Positions 9,177 through 18,687 of a stretch of DNA of 26,695 bases are shown here, in pieces. This DNA comes from a virus (Duplodnaviria > Caudoviricetes). The notes below the pieces were generated by a model. That model worked only from the letters and a program-made list of their open reading frames with translations, searched no databases and was not told the origin of the DNA. The DNA lies in IMG/VR virus record IMGVR_UViG_3300048577_000537, positions 1 to 26,695 of that record; one strand, written 5' to 3'. Positions within the stretch are counted from its first letter, which is position 1. Every line of letters begins with the position of its first letter. The position numbers and the translations under genes were made by a program.

Positions 9177-9782
9177 TTATAGTTTTGCCATCTCTACTAA
9201 TGTCTTCGACAGTTCCAGGTTTGTTCTAACCTCTGTCGTATCTGTCCTACCTTTCTTATAACTGTCAAGGCTACGCTTCCCAACCTCCGTCTCGTCATAT
9301 GCCGGAAACACAACAGGTGATACATCAATAATTTTTTTAAACTTTAAAATATTACGTATGTATATCCCGTTAACTTCTTCCCATTTTGTTTCTTCAACTA
9401 TAAAGGCAAATGAACTTCCCGAAACATTTCGTAGCCTAACATTTTCAAGCAAATCATTACCAGCAGTTGTTGCAGGAGCATCAAATTGATATGGCAAACC
9501 GATTTCATCCACAGGCAGCGATAATGTTTTTGCGCTCATTCTCGCAAGAATATAATTAGGATCATGATTAAACAGCGCCACAACGTCACTTAAGTCAACA
9601 CCTTCTAATGCACCAGGAGCAATTCTTTCCTGAAAACCTCCGAGATCTTTACTTAAAGAGTTATACTTAAAAGCATAGCCAACAATCATTCTACTATTTT
9701 CTTGACCTTCTCGCTTTTCAATCTTTACTTCTCCAGTCACAAACCGTCTTTCAACCTCAGGTAACTTAATTACGTTTGCCAT
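9177..9782 (-). CDS. Prohead maturation protease, HK97 family
   Basis: GYAFKYN..S.DLGGFQERIAPGA, ALFNHD, GSSFAF, DVSPVVFPAY motifs. Confidence 0.95.
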   Translation of the reverse strand: MANVIKLPEVERRFVTGEVKIEKREGQENSRMIVGYAFKYNSLSKDLGGFQERIAPGALEGVDLSDVVALFNHDPNYILARMSAKTLSLPVDEIGLPYQFDAPATTAGNDLLENVRLRNVSGSSFAFIVEETKWEEVNGIYIRNILKFKKIIDVSPVVFPAYDETEVGKRSLDSYKKGRTDTTEVRTNLELSKTLVEMAKL

Positions 9783-9806
9783 ATATACCTAATTACTAAT
9801 TATCAA

Positions 9807-11057
9807 CTATTTATTACCTTCTACTTTTGTTTGAATATTTTTTCCGGCCATCTCTACCGGCATCATGTTAACCTGAATAAACTTTTTGTCTCCGCCTTCG
9901 TAAGCGTTCAGTTCCTCTTTAGCTCTAATCTCATTAGGACTCAAAGCTCCAACATACACAAGGTCTTTATACATCGCCGTCCGGCTCGCAGCATCCCCGC
10001 GCAACAGCACGTCCATGTTAAACTTCACATACTTCCTGTCCTGATCTCCAACCGGTATAAGCTTATCATTCATCTCCTGTTCCCAGCGAACGCAATGAGG
10101 CGTCATCGTGTAAGTTGCAAATTCAATTCCTTGATGTTCAATATTGTTATTTGTCGAACTCTCCAAATCAGCAAGCATATGCGGAGGTACGCGAAACATC
10201 CTGGCTATCTCATTAACCGAAAACTTTCTCGAACCTAAATACTGTGCATCTTCGTTTGTAAGCGATATCGGTGTAAACTTTGCCCCACCTTCAAGAATAG
10301 GCACTTTACCAACATTAGCCGTTCCGGCATACCGATCCGAAAAAGATGTGCTTAAATTGTTATACGATTCAGTAGTTAGCTTGCCAGGCACTTCAAGTAC
10401 CCCCGAATTCCTCACCCCGTTTTTAAAAAACGAAGCTCCAAACTTCTGAATAGAAATTCCTGTTCCAAGCTGCTCACGCTGGTATTGAATCGGGTTCTTA
10501 CCTTTCAACCCGTCAAACCCCATTCCATAGATATGTAATATCTCATTGTTTAAAAAAGTACGTCCGCGATAATAAAAAAACTTTTCTCCGTTGAACTTAA
10601 AAGGAATAACCTCCCGTGGACTCTCAATAACATCTAAACTTAAAACATTGTTATAGGCATCTCTATTGATAAACGCATAAGCATTACCGGTTAAGTTCAG
10701 GTGCAGTTGCATCGTTTCCCGAAATACAAAGCTTGTCATCATCTGGTTAGGCTTCCGGTGCAACAACCGTTGCAAACCATTATTACGATCTACAAACCTG
10801 TCTCCCTTTTCGTTTACCGAGTAAACATTCAACGGCATCATCGCAAGCGTCTCGCCTAAAATCTTAACAGCACTCCAAACAGCACTCAACGTAAGCGCCA
10901 ACTCTTCACTAACATTAATACCCGAGTCAGTACCAAACCCAAACACACCAACAAACTTTGAATCCGGGCTCGCGATTGTTCCGGTAGGCACCGGATCATT
11001 CGCCCGTTTTTCCCAAACTGGTATCCCTAAAATGCGTATCTGAGTATTCTGAGCCAT
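9807..11057 (-). CDS. Portal protein, HK97 family
   Basis: LLHRKPNQMMT, GNAYAFI, EIARMFRVPPHML, NNIEHQ, PNEIRAKEEL motifs. Confidence 0.97.
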   Translation of the reverse strand: MAQNTQIRILGIPVWEKRANDPVPTGTIASPDSKFVGVFGFGTDSGINVSEELALTLSAVWSAVKILGETLAMMPLNVYSVNEKGDRFVDRNNGLQRLLHRKPNQMMTSFVFRETMQLHLNLTGNAYAFINRDAYNNVLSLDVIESPREVIPFKFNGEKFFYYRGRTFLNNEILHIYGMGFDGLKGKNPIQYQREQLGTGISIQKFGASFFKNGVRNSGVLEVPGKLTTESYNNLSTSFSDRYAGTANVGKVPILEGGAKFTPISLTNEDAQYLGSRKFSVNEIARMFRVPPHMLADLESSTNNNIEHQGIEFATYTMTPHCVRWEQEMNDKLIPVGDQDRKYVKFNMDVLLRGDAASRTAMYKDLVYVGALSPNEIRAKEELNAYEGGDKKFIQVNMMPVEMAGKNIQTKVEGNK

Positions 11058-11105
11058 CCATTAAGTTTTGCAGGCTCAAAATTCATTTTAAATAAAAAAA
11101 AATCA

Positions 11106-11144
11106 ATGTAACATTGTTACATATTTTTAGTAACAATATTACAT
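11106..11144. promoter_or_regulatory. Tandem palindromic sites upstream of portal (candidate late-promoter regulator sites)
   Basis: Perfect inverted repeat ATGTAACA-T-TGTTACAT (11106-11122) plus a 2-mismatch copy GTAACAATATTACAT (11130-11144) offset by 22 bp. Confidence 0.6.
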
Positions 11145-11184
11145 TTTTTAACACGCCATTCAATCAACATTAATTTTCAAATAC

Positions 11185-11329
11185 TTACACAACATCCCCA
11201 TGTTTAATCACAAAATACTTCTTCCCCGGCTCAGCTCCCCATTCCGGTTATCTCCCGGTAATCCTCCGTCTTAATCCCGGCCTTAGTCATCTCAAACCAT
11301 TTAGCGTTAAGTGATAACTGTAAATTCAT
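11185..11329 (-). pseudogene. Internally deleted ASCH/PUA-like gene remnant
   Basis: ATGA-coupled start at 11329 gives MNLQLSLNAKWFEMTKAGIKTEDYREIT, then a stop at 11231. Another frame from about 11247 gives PEWGAEPGKKYFVIKHGDVV* ending at 11185. These look like the two termini of phage ASCH proteins without the core. Confidence 0.7.
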
Positions 11330-11769
11330 ACAACCCTCATTTTAGTATACTTATCTAACTTAGCTTCTTTAAGCTTATATCTTATAATAGCGTCAAGATC
11401 ATCAAACTCCGCCTTAAAGCTTTTATCCGTTTCACAAATATTCGCTATTGTCTTCTTCGCATGAAGAACCGTCGCGTGATCTTTCCCCGAAAATTCATTC
11501 CCAATCTTAGCAAGTGTCAAAGTAGTGTATTTATCCATGAGCACCATAGCCTTCTGCCTGGGCAACACAACTTCCCTTTCTCTCGTAATACTCACAATCT
11601 CATCAACGGTCAAATTATGAAGGTGCGCTACCTCTACAAGTATTAACTCCGCAATCGACTTTTGATTAACAGCTACCCTCTCTTTAAACTTCCCTTCATT
11701 ATCCCTCATCTCCGCATCCCTAAACCATTGCCAGTCCACCCCGGGAGCCGCCATATAACTACATTCCAT
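11326..11769 (-). CDS. Stand-alone DnaA C-terminal (domain IV) HTH protein
   Basis: TREREVVLPRQKAM...LAKIGNEFSGKDHATVLHAKKTI matches the DnaA signature; no AAA+ domain. Confidence 0.85.
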   Translation of the reverse strand: MECSYMAAPGVDWQWFRDAEMRDNEGKFKERVAVNQKSIAELILVEVAHLHNLTVDEIVSITREREVVLPRQKAMVLMDKYTTLTLAKIGNEFSGKDHATVLHAKKTIANICETDKSFKAEFDDLDAIIRYKLKEAKLDKYTKMRVV

Positions 11770-11780
11770 ATCACTATAGT

Positions 11781-12416
11781 TTAAAATGGTAAATCATCAA
11801 TACTATATTCAAACGCCGGTTTAGGTTTCGGCGTTAGCCTCTTCACAAGCCGCTTCACCGGAAACGATTTTCGCCCATACTTCAAAACGTGAAAAACATT
11901 ATTCACCCAGTTCCGCGGCAACCACCAATACAATCTCCATCCCAACCCGATATTTTTATACCACCGCCTAAAAAACGTTTTATCGTAAACCACAAATAAC
12001 GTTTTAAGAGCAAGCTTCGAAAAGCGCGTAGGCGTGTGTTCAATATACCCTTCAATCACCTGGCTGGTAATATTCGGATTCTCATACACCCGCTTGTAAG
12101 GCCGGTGAAAAACATACCCGCCAAAATCAACAACCGAAAGAATATTCCACGTCGGTCGCTTATACCACCCGTTGTAACAGTGCCAACAAAAATCCGCATC
12201 TACAGGACCGTCGCCATAAAAATCATAGTAGTATTGTGTCCCCGTACCACCGCAGGCCCTGCACTTCTTGCCCTCAATAAACTGCACATCATAATGCAAA
12301 TACTTACCACGCTTCGCCAGGATCCTGTTTTTAATCTCATAAAATATCCGCTTATCCTCCCCGTAAAGCGTATTCCTGTTTGCATGATGCAATAACCACG
12401 ATAGAATTGTTTTCAT
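11781..12416 (-). CDS. Hypothetical protein with CxxCxGxG...CxxC zinc-finger-like motif and DDLPF C-terminus
   Basis: CRACGGTG / CWHCYNG; ends YSIDDLPF. Confidence 0.7.
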   Translation of the reverse strand: MKTILSWLLHHANRNTLYGEDKRIFYEIKNRILAKRGKYLHYDVQFIEGKKCRACGGTGTQYYYDFYGDGPVDADFCWHCYNGWYKRPTWNILSVVDFGGYVFHRPYKRVYENPNITSQVIEGYIEHTPTRFSKLALKTLFVVYDKTFFRRWYKNIGLGWRLYWWLPRNWVNNVFHVLKYGRKSFPVKRLVKRLTPKPKPAFEYSIDDLPF

Positions 12417-12425
12417 ATCAACTAT

Positions 12426-13439
12426 TTATACTTTATTCGGCAATTCGTTATACTCTTTATCATCAAGCAGTCGACCGGATGATTTCTTTCCAACCTTACA
12501 CATCCATTGCCACTTTTCGCCGCGTTCGCACCAGTTAAAATCGCTTTTGGGGTTGCCTCTTCCTCCATACGTGAATGGGCCCCACTCTCCCCAGCTTTTA
12601 AAAAAGAACGGCACATTATCGGCGCTACACTGGTCGCGAAGAGAACGGACCCAATCCGGGTGCATTGGGCGCGCCTTAGGTCCAGTTTCCCCACCAGCTA
12701 TAACCCAATCTATTTTCCCAACTTGTTTACAAGGTCTTCCCATGTCGGTATGTTTTCCCGTCAACGAGTTTATAAAATACCAATCTGGGTGCCCGCTCAT
12801 TTCTGCATCAATATGCGACAAGTTTATAAGGCTAAGTAAAGGTTCGCAACTTACAAAACGAATAGCGGCCACAGTTTGAAGAAGTAAAGGGATTCGTTTC
12901 CCAGCCTGTTCCTGATTTTCTACAGTTACTCCAAGCCACAGGTTAGGGAGAGGCCAGAATCTTTGAGTGAAGTTATGTAAAAAACAAGCCGGCGCATCAA
13001 CGTCACCATCCTTAGTCGCTATCCCAACTTCGTAAATTGCATCCTCCCATGCTTTCAGCAATTCCTCTTTAGGCTTATTAAAGTAACGATGCATTCTTTC
13101 TGGACGCTTAGTAAGAAGAATGAAAGTATGTTTTGGGTTACACGCAATCACAGCCATAACCTGATCTATCCATTCTTCTCGCACATCATCGTGAAATAAA
13201 TCTCCCATGGAAACGGTAAAACATCGTTGCGGATTTCTCCACGAAAAAGGTTTATAAAGTTCTTCTGAATGAAAAGTAACTTCAAAACCATTAACATATT
13301 TACCGTTTACTTTCGGGTTCGCTTGCAGGCGTTTTGCAAATCGTTCCGCGTAACAGTTTGCACAGCCTGAAGAAACTTTAGTACATCCAGTTACCGGATT
13401 CCAAACCTTTGTCGCCCATTCAATTTTTGTATTTGCCAT
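12426..13439 (-). CDS. Phage Gp37/Gp68 (DUF5131) family, three-Cys radical-SAM-like protein
   Basis: TKIEWA...WNPVTGCTKVSSGCANCYA, SMGDLFH, LLTKRPER, SCEPLL, WVIAGGETG, FFFKSWG motifs. Confidence 0.92.
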   Translation of the reverse strand: MANTKIEWATKVWNPVTGCTKVSSGCANCYAERFAKRLQANPKVNGKYVNGFEVTFHSEELYKPFSWRNPQRCFTVSMGDLFHDDVREEWIDQVMAVIACNPKHTFILLTKRPERMHRYFNKPKEELLKAWEDAIYEVGIATKDGDVDAPACFLHNFTQRFWPLPNLWLGVTVENQEQAGKRIPLLLQTVAAIRFVSCEPLLSLINLSHIDAEMSGHPDWYFINSLTGKHTDMGRPCKQVGKIDWVIAGGETGPKARPMHPDWVRSLRDQCSADNVPFFFKSWGEWGPFTYGGRGNPKSDFNWCERGEKWQWMCKVGKKSSGRLLDDKEYNELPNKV

Positions 13440-13450
13440 ATTGATTTTAT

Positions 13451-13924
13451 TTAAATATTAAAATTCAACTCACTAAACGATTTCCACCCAATCTCTGTAA
13501 ACTCTTTAGAATACACTTCCCCGCGAGGTTTAATCGGTTGCCAACCTGCGTCGCAAAATAGACGATAATGCCACACTTCTGCACTCTTACCCTCTTTACT
13601 GTATGGAGGTTCAATCCACAAAAATCTCTTTGTCCATCCAAATAAGCCGTCAATAACCTTATTCAAATGCCTCTTATTTCTTCCCTCAGGGAATGAGATA
13701 GACAAATGATAACACCTTTCATAATCAGGATTCTTCCACCAACCTCCGGAATGATGTCCTATATCTCTTGTAAATATCACTATACAACCATACTTTTCAA
13801 GAAACCACCTGCAATCAAGCATATATTTACTCTCCGATCTCCCGTCAAATAATCCGGCATTAGCCCACAACTTTATAATACTAAATGCCCTATCATCCTG
13901 AATTTTATAATCTATTATTTTCAT
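13451..13924 (-). CDS. Hypothetical protein
   Basis: In-operon ORF with GHHSGGWWKNPDYERCYHLSISF motif. Confidence 0.7.
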   Translation of the reverse strand: MKIIDYKIQDDRAFSIIKLWANAGLFDGRSESKYMLDCRWFLEKYGCIVIFTRDIGHHSGGWWKNPDYERCYHLSISFPEGRNKRHLNKVIDGLFGWTKRFLWIEPPYSKEGKSAEVWHYRLFCDAGWQPIKPRGEVYSKEFTEIGWKSFSELNFNI

Positions 13925-14126
13925 TTTTATTTACTTTAGAATCCACATATATTATCTTAGCCTCGCCACATCCGCTTAATTGCTTAGGCCTTACTTCACT
14001 GCACTTAAAAGCGTCAAACACACATCCATCGCAACCCCATTGCAAATCGCTCACCTCGTCAACAAATTTAAATCCAAGCTTTTCAGCCTCTTGTTCCAAC
14101 AATTGTCTTAACCTTTTCATTTGCAT
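13905..14126 (-). CDS. Small Cys-containing hypothetical protein
   Basis: Overlaps both neighbours; GCDGCVF...C...C. Confidence 0.55.
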   Translation of the reverse strand: MQMKRLRQLLEQEAEKLGFKFVDEVSDLQWGCDGCVFDAFKCSEVRPKQLSGCGEAKIIYVDSKVNKNENNRL

Positions 14127-14442
14127 AAACTTTTATATATCTGTTATTTAATTCAATCAACTCCCTCCACTTTTCACGGCCGGCAATGGATAGATTATTA
14201 AAAGCCCGTTCACACAAAAAAGACTTGCAACCCAAGTTTTGTATCGAGCACCCGGCGTAAGTGTTCATCTTGCAAGCATTACAACACCCGTTTGCTCCTC
14301 CTCGATCTCTGTTTAGAATACAAGTATTGCCTATCCATCTGCAAGGGTTCTCTTTCACCATTATCTCCGAGAAAGAATCAAACAGGAAAAAGTAAAACTC
14401 TTTCCACGTGACAAAGTCAGGAAGCAACTCTATGTAACTCAT
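14083..14442 (-). CDS. Cys-rich hypothetical protein (possible Zn or Fe-S binding)
   Basis: C..C..GCCNAC..GC..GCKSFLC; starts 1 nt after the upstream stop. Confidence 0.6.
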   Translation of the reverse strand: MSYIELLPDFVTWKEFYFFLFDSFSEIMVKENPCRWIGNTCILNRDRGGANGCCNACKMNTYAGCSIQNLGCKSFLCERAFNNLSIAGREKWRELIELNNRYIKVYANEKVKTIVGTRG

Positions 14443-14443
14443 C

Positions 14444-14686
14444 TCACCTGTTTATTTTAAACTTCCTGTTCCTGCACTGTCTAAAACTCTCATAACCTGA
14501 ATATTTATCCACCCCAAACAGCGCCGAGTGATCCGCTTCCGCTCTATCATACGCCTCGTTTTGTGTCCTGCTCACTTTCAGGTAAGCGTCAAACCGCCGG
14601 TTAAACCCTTCGAAAGTATTAAGCTGTAAGTCCTCTGCACTCACCTGCTTAAGTTGTTTTGATTCCTTCGTTTGCATATATTTCAT
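14444..14686 (-). CDS. Small helical protein overlapping the terL end (possible late regulator)
   Basis: Overlaps the terL 3' end; AYDRAEADH...FG..KYSGYESFR. The ORF is supported; the function is inference. Confidence 0.6.
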   Translation of the reverse strand: MKYMQTKESKQLKQVSAEDLQLNTFEGFNRRFDAYLKVSRTQNEAYDRAEADHSALFGVDKYSGYESFRQCRNRKFKINR

Positions 14687-16316
14687 TTATTAAGTTGTTG
14701 TCACTGTTAGTCATATATTCACCAATCGCCATCACACCCGCTACCGGTCCGTCTACCCTGTTCCTGCTTTTACCCTTATCAATCTTTATATTTCCTGCCG
14801 GATCCGTTCTTATTTCAATGTTACCCATGTTCCACCGCATCACCGGGTTTCCTTCGTGCCTAAGCTCCTTTCCTACAATCAACCTTTCAAATTCCTTCGT
14901 AGGAGTATCCATACTCACAAACCCTTGCCTAAAATGCGAGAGAGTAATATCTTCCTTTTGCAGATTTTGAACCACCCCATGATAAGCCCGTGCCGGGTCA
15001 ATCGCTATCGATGCTACATTATATTGCGAAACAATCTCAACTATATCCGCCGATATCGTATCTATATCTATAACATCACCCTCAGTAATCTTAATCCAAC
15101 CCTGTTGCACCCACAATCGGTAATCAACCCGATCTTCCACCTGCGCAACCTTCCCTTCCGGGATCCAGAACCACCACAACTGCGCTTTAATTTCAGGGAA
15201 GTACAACGATAGCGAATTCAAGTCAGTACTTGCAGCAAGGTCCAGCCCGCCATAACACGACATCCCAATCAGTTTTTCTTTAGTAACCTCCTCGCTCGCA
15301 CACGCCATCCAAACTTTATCCGCAATCCATCCCTTCGAACTATCCGTCCAGATATTAAGATTCTTTGTCTTGAAGTTGATAACCGCACTCTCCCGGTTCT
15401 TACATTCCTTCAATTCATTTTCTAGAAACGAACGATTAACACTCACATCCAGGTTCGGATTACTCTTTATCCACACTTCAGGATCGTCCCACTGATCGCC
15501 TTCGTCAAGCGTATAAATCAACCCGAAAATATTATCCTGGTTCTTGACTCCCTTCAATATCTCAATAACCATCTGCCGGTAGTCGTAACAGGGCGATGTC
15601 CTACTCTTGCCGGCCGTGGTAATAATAAAAAGCAACGGGCTCTTCCGGCTCGCCATAGCCGATTTTATATTGTCAAATAAGTCGTTAGTCTTCTGCACGT
15701 GATACTCGTCAAAAATAGTACAGCTCGGATTCTTACCTTCAAACGAATCCTGATCAGCCGAAAGAGGTTTAAACGTACTCATCGTCACGTCAACAAACAA
15801 CGAGTGTTCATACACAGTCACCAGCTTTTTAAGCTGAGTAGAATTTCTAACCATATTCCTCGCCTCGTTGAAAACAATCTTCGCCTGATCCCTGTTACTC
15901 GCAGCCGTATACACCTCTGCTCCTGGCTCCTTATCAGCAATAAAACAATAGTGAGCAATCCCGGCAGCAAACGTACTCTTGCCGTTCTTCTTAGCAACTT
16001 CAACATAAGCATAGTTAAACCGCCTCGATCCGTCCGCATTCTTCCACCCGAACAGCACATAAAGTATAAAACACTGCCATGGTTCAGGGATAAAAGCCGT
16101 GTTACTCTTCTTCGCAAACTCCCCCTTCGTATGCTTCAACCCAGCCTGCTTAAAAAAGTTGATAGCCTTCTCCCCCGCCTTCTTATCAAAAAACAACCCC
16201 CTGTCAACCCCCGTTTCAAGATCCTCCACGTGCCGCATCACCGCCATCCGCGTAAGCTCACAAACCTTAACCTTCCCCGTTATAACCTCCTCAATATACT
16301 TCTCCGCCGAATTCAT
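14649..16316 (-). CDS. terL: Terminase large subunit
   Basis: PWQ, Walker A VAKKNGKST, Walker B IFDEYH, ITTAG, GLDLA, RVDGPVA motifs. Confidence 0.97.
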   Translation of the reverse strand: MNSAEKYIEEVITGKVKVCELTRMAVMRHVEDLETGVDRGLFFDKKAGEKAINFFKQAGLKHTKGEFAKKSNTAFIPEPWQCFILYVLFGWKNADGSRRFNYAYVEVAKKNGKSTFAAGIAHYCFIADKEPGAEVYTAASNRDQAKIVFNEARNMVRNSTQLKKLVTVYEHSLFVDVTMSTFKPLSADQDSFEGKNPSCTIFDEYHVQKTNDLFDNIKSAMASRKSPLLFIITTAGKSRTSPCYDYRQMVIEILKGVKNQDNIFGLIYTLDEGDQWDDPEVWIKSNPNLDVSVNRSFLENELKECKNRESAVINFKTKNLNIWTDSSKGWIADKVWMACASEEVTKEKLIGMSCYGGLDLAASTDLNSLSLYFPEIKAQLWWFWIPEGKVAQVEDRVDYRLWVQQGWIKITEGDVIDIDTISADIVEIVSQYNVASIAIDPARAYHGVVQNLQKEDITLSHFRQGFVSMDTPTKEFERLIVGKELRHEGNPVMRWNMGNIEIRTDPAGNIKIDKGKSRNRVDGPVAGVMAIGEYMTNSDNNLINEIYANEGIKTT

Positions 16317-17995
16317 GCTACCTTGGTTAATCTCATTTGCATTACTCCTCTTGCAGTAGATTCTATAAGTGCTCTAACTGTTTTTACCGGAACAGCATTA
16401 CCAATAAATTTTTTCTGATCTTCCTTTGATCCAACCAAAATATAATCCTCTGGGAAACCAGTTATCCTAAGAAGTTCTACAACCTTTAGCATCCTCATTT
16501 TAATATCGATCAAACCATAGGCTGCCATAAACTCCTTTATCTTTTTCATGTTAGGCGTATCGTCGTCGTATATTTCATATATAACCTGCCCGCCAATTAT
16601 CCGGATGAATGAGGGAATAGATTTTCGTTCTCTTGTAACTTCGACTATATAAGGGGGACGTTTATCCATCCTGGCAATTAAAGTAAAGCATGGATAGTCA
16701 ATACTAGACCCTCCGCTTTTAAATTGAGGATTAATTAAATAATGCCACTTTCTATTTGCCGTGATAACCGGCGATGGAGAATCAAGTGAGGTTCCTACGT
16801 TTCTGTAATTCGTATCCATAAGCCACGGTCTGCATGTTATTAAACTAAACTTTGGATTCTTCGTTAATGACCCTAAAGGCTTGTTTATGTCCGCAGCGCT
16901 AGAACATCCGTATTGTTGATCAATAAAGTATTTAGGCCTAACAACACTTAACCTGTCTTTTCTAGTTATAGTTGGCGACGGGCCTTCAACAGATCTAACA
17001 ACATTACTACCACTATAGTAAGCAGAAAGAAAAGCTGTTGAAATCAACGACTGACAGTCTTTTGTTCTGATTGTTGATATTGAACTATCAATATCACTTA
17101 CCATTTGATTGGGGTTTCCGGAATAGTATTTTGAAATAAACTTATCCTTTCCTCCTGCAACAAACTTAATCAACCCAGAATAAAACCGGTCTAATGTAGC
17201 TTCAACAAGTGGTTTCTTCCTATCGAATATAGAATTACCCTCATCCTGCAAATCCAATACTTCGCGAACTGCCTTCCATTTTTTAAACGAACCGAACATG
17301 TCCGATTTAGCAAACTTAGAGTGCGTTGGTATTGGCCATGATATTGGCAAACCTTTTTTAACAAATTGGCCAAAGTACCTTTCTCTGAAAGTATAATCAC
17401 CATAATCTGCGCACGTCAAAATACGAAAATCGTAATCGTAACCTAATGCCTTAATATTTTCAACCCATTTTAAGTAGTCAATTCCCTTCTTTCTTGATAC
17501 CGGTCTTCCTCTACCATCAAGTGGTCCCCACGACATAAACTCTTCCACATTCTCAACCCATATAATATCTGGATTTAAAACCTGTATATAACTATCTCCA
17601 ACTTCGTAACGTTCCTCCATTTCATTATATTTCATATATAATGCCTGAGGCAAAGTACGACTGTCTGCATCTTTTGGGGCTCCTCCCTTAGCATCGCTAT
17701 AGTTTGTACATTCAGCCGAACACCACACTACCAACTTAGCATTAGGATGTGACAGCCTTTTTTCTTTAACTATATCTTTCAACAAATTCAAATTAACCAT
17801 TCTAACATCTTCGATAAAATGATATGCCTTTGGATGATTAGCCTTGTGACTTGCAATCGCATTTTCATCATGATTTACACAAGCAATAACCTCGCATACT
17901 TTTTTATCTTCAACTTCAGCCTCTTCAGAACCAGTCGTTACTCCGCCAGCTCCACAAAAAAGATCTATCTCAATCAATTCAATATCACGTTCCAT
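16313..17995 (-). CDS. C5-cytosine DNA methyltransferase
   Basis: DLFCGAGG, SAECTNYS (catalytic Cys), ENV, RER, GFPEDY...IGNAVP motifs. Confidence 0.92.
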   Translation of the reverse strand: MERDIELIEIDLFCGAGGVTTGSEEAEVEDKKVCEVIACVNHDENAIASHKANHPKAYHFIEDVRMVNLNLLKDIVKEKRLSHPNAKLVVWCSAECTNYSDAKGGAPKDADSRTLPQALYMKYNEMEERYEVGDSYIQVLNPDIIWVENVEEFMSWGPLDGRGRPVSRKKGIDYLKWVENIKALGYDYDFRILTCADYGDYTFRERYFGQFVKKGLPISWPIPTHSKFAKSDMFGSFKKWKAVREVLDLQDEGNSIFDRKKPLVEATLDRFYSGLIKFVAGGKDKFISKYYSGNPNQMVSDIDSSISTIRTKDCQSLISTAFLSAYYSGSNVVRSVEGPSPTITRKDRLSVVRPKYFIDQQYGCSSAADINKPLGSLTKNPKFSLITCRPWLMDTNYRNVGTSLDSPSPVITANRKWHYLINPQFKSGGSSIDYPCFTLIARMDKRPPYIVEVTRERKSIPSFIRIIGGQVIYEIYDDDTPNMKKIKEFMAAYGLIDIKMRMLKVVELLRITGFPEDYILVGSKEDQKKFIGNAVPVKTVRALIESTARGVMQMRLTKVA

Positions 17996-18006
17996 TACAA
18001 GAATAA

Positions 18007-18687
18007 TTACACAAACAATTTTTGTTGCTGCACAAATCCACCAATCTGCCTCACAATACCTTTACATTCTTTTTCAAACCGTTCACAACCTGAGCTAAAA
18101 TATTCAGGATCTATTTCACATCCCCAGTAATCAAAGCCTCCGCAATACGCAGCTATGCGAGACGATTGCGAACCCATATTCGTATCAAGTATTTTACACC
18201 CGGGGAACCCATATCTTTTAAAAATCCAGGAATATAGTGCTAGCGGTTTTTGGTGAGGATGAATCTTTGTTATACCGGTCTCATTCTCCTTTTTTCCACC
18301 ATCCCACTGAAAGCGAAATATTCTTGCCGGAACATTAAACGAGGTCCATGCCATCTCACATTCACTCATAAATGTTTTTTCAACATCCCTTTTCTTGTCC
18401 CAAATTATCCATGAATTCACAGGACGTAAAAACTCTGTAAAATAATTACCTCCCCAAATAATCTGATTCTTACTAACCCTAAATAACTCCTCGAAGTATT
18501 CTTTAGAAGGAACAGTATCGTTCTTGTAGCTGCTGTTATGTTTATAATGAACTCCCTTACTATCCTTTTTCCAATCTTCTCCAATCCCGTAACCCGGGTC
18601 CACAACTGCAACATCAAAAAATTCATCCGGAAATTCTTTCATAAACTTTACGTTGTCGCAACATTTTACTTCTGATACCGGTATCAT
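18007..18687 (-). CDS. N6A/N4C DNA methyltransferase, beta-class order, with atypical motifs
   Basis: VVDPGYG, IIWGGNYF, WDK, HPHQKP, ILDTNMGSQSS, GCEID. Confidence 0.88.
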   Translation of the reverse strand: MIPVSEVKCCDNVKFMKEFPDEFFDVAVVDPGYGIGEDWKKDSKGVHYKHNSSYKNDTVPSKEYFEELFRVSKNQIIWGGNYFTEFLRPVNSWIIWDKKRDVEKTFMSECEMAWTSFNVPARIFRFQWDGGKKENETGITKIHPHQKPLALYSWIFKRYGFPGCKILDTNMGSQSSRIAAYCGGFDYWGCEIDPEYFSSGCERFEKECKGIVRQIGGFVQQQKLFV

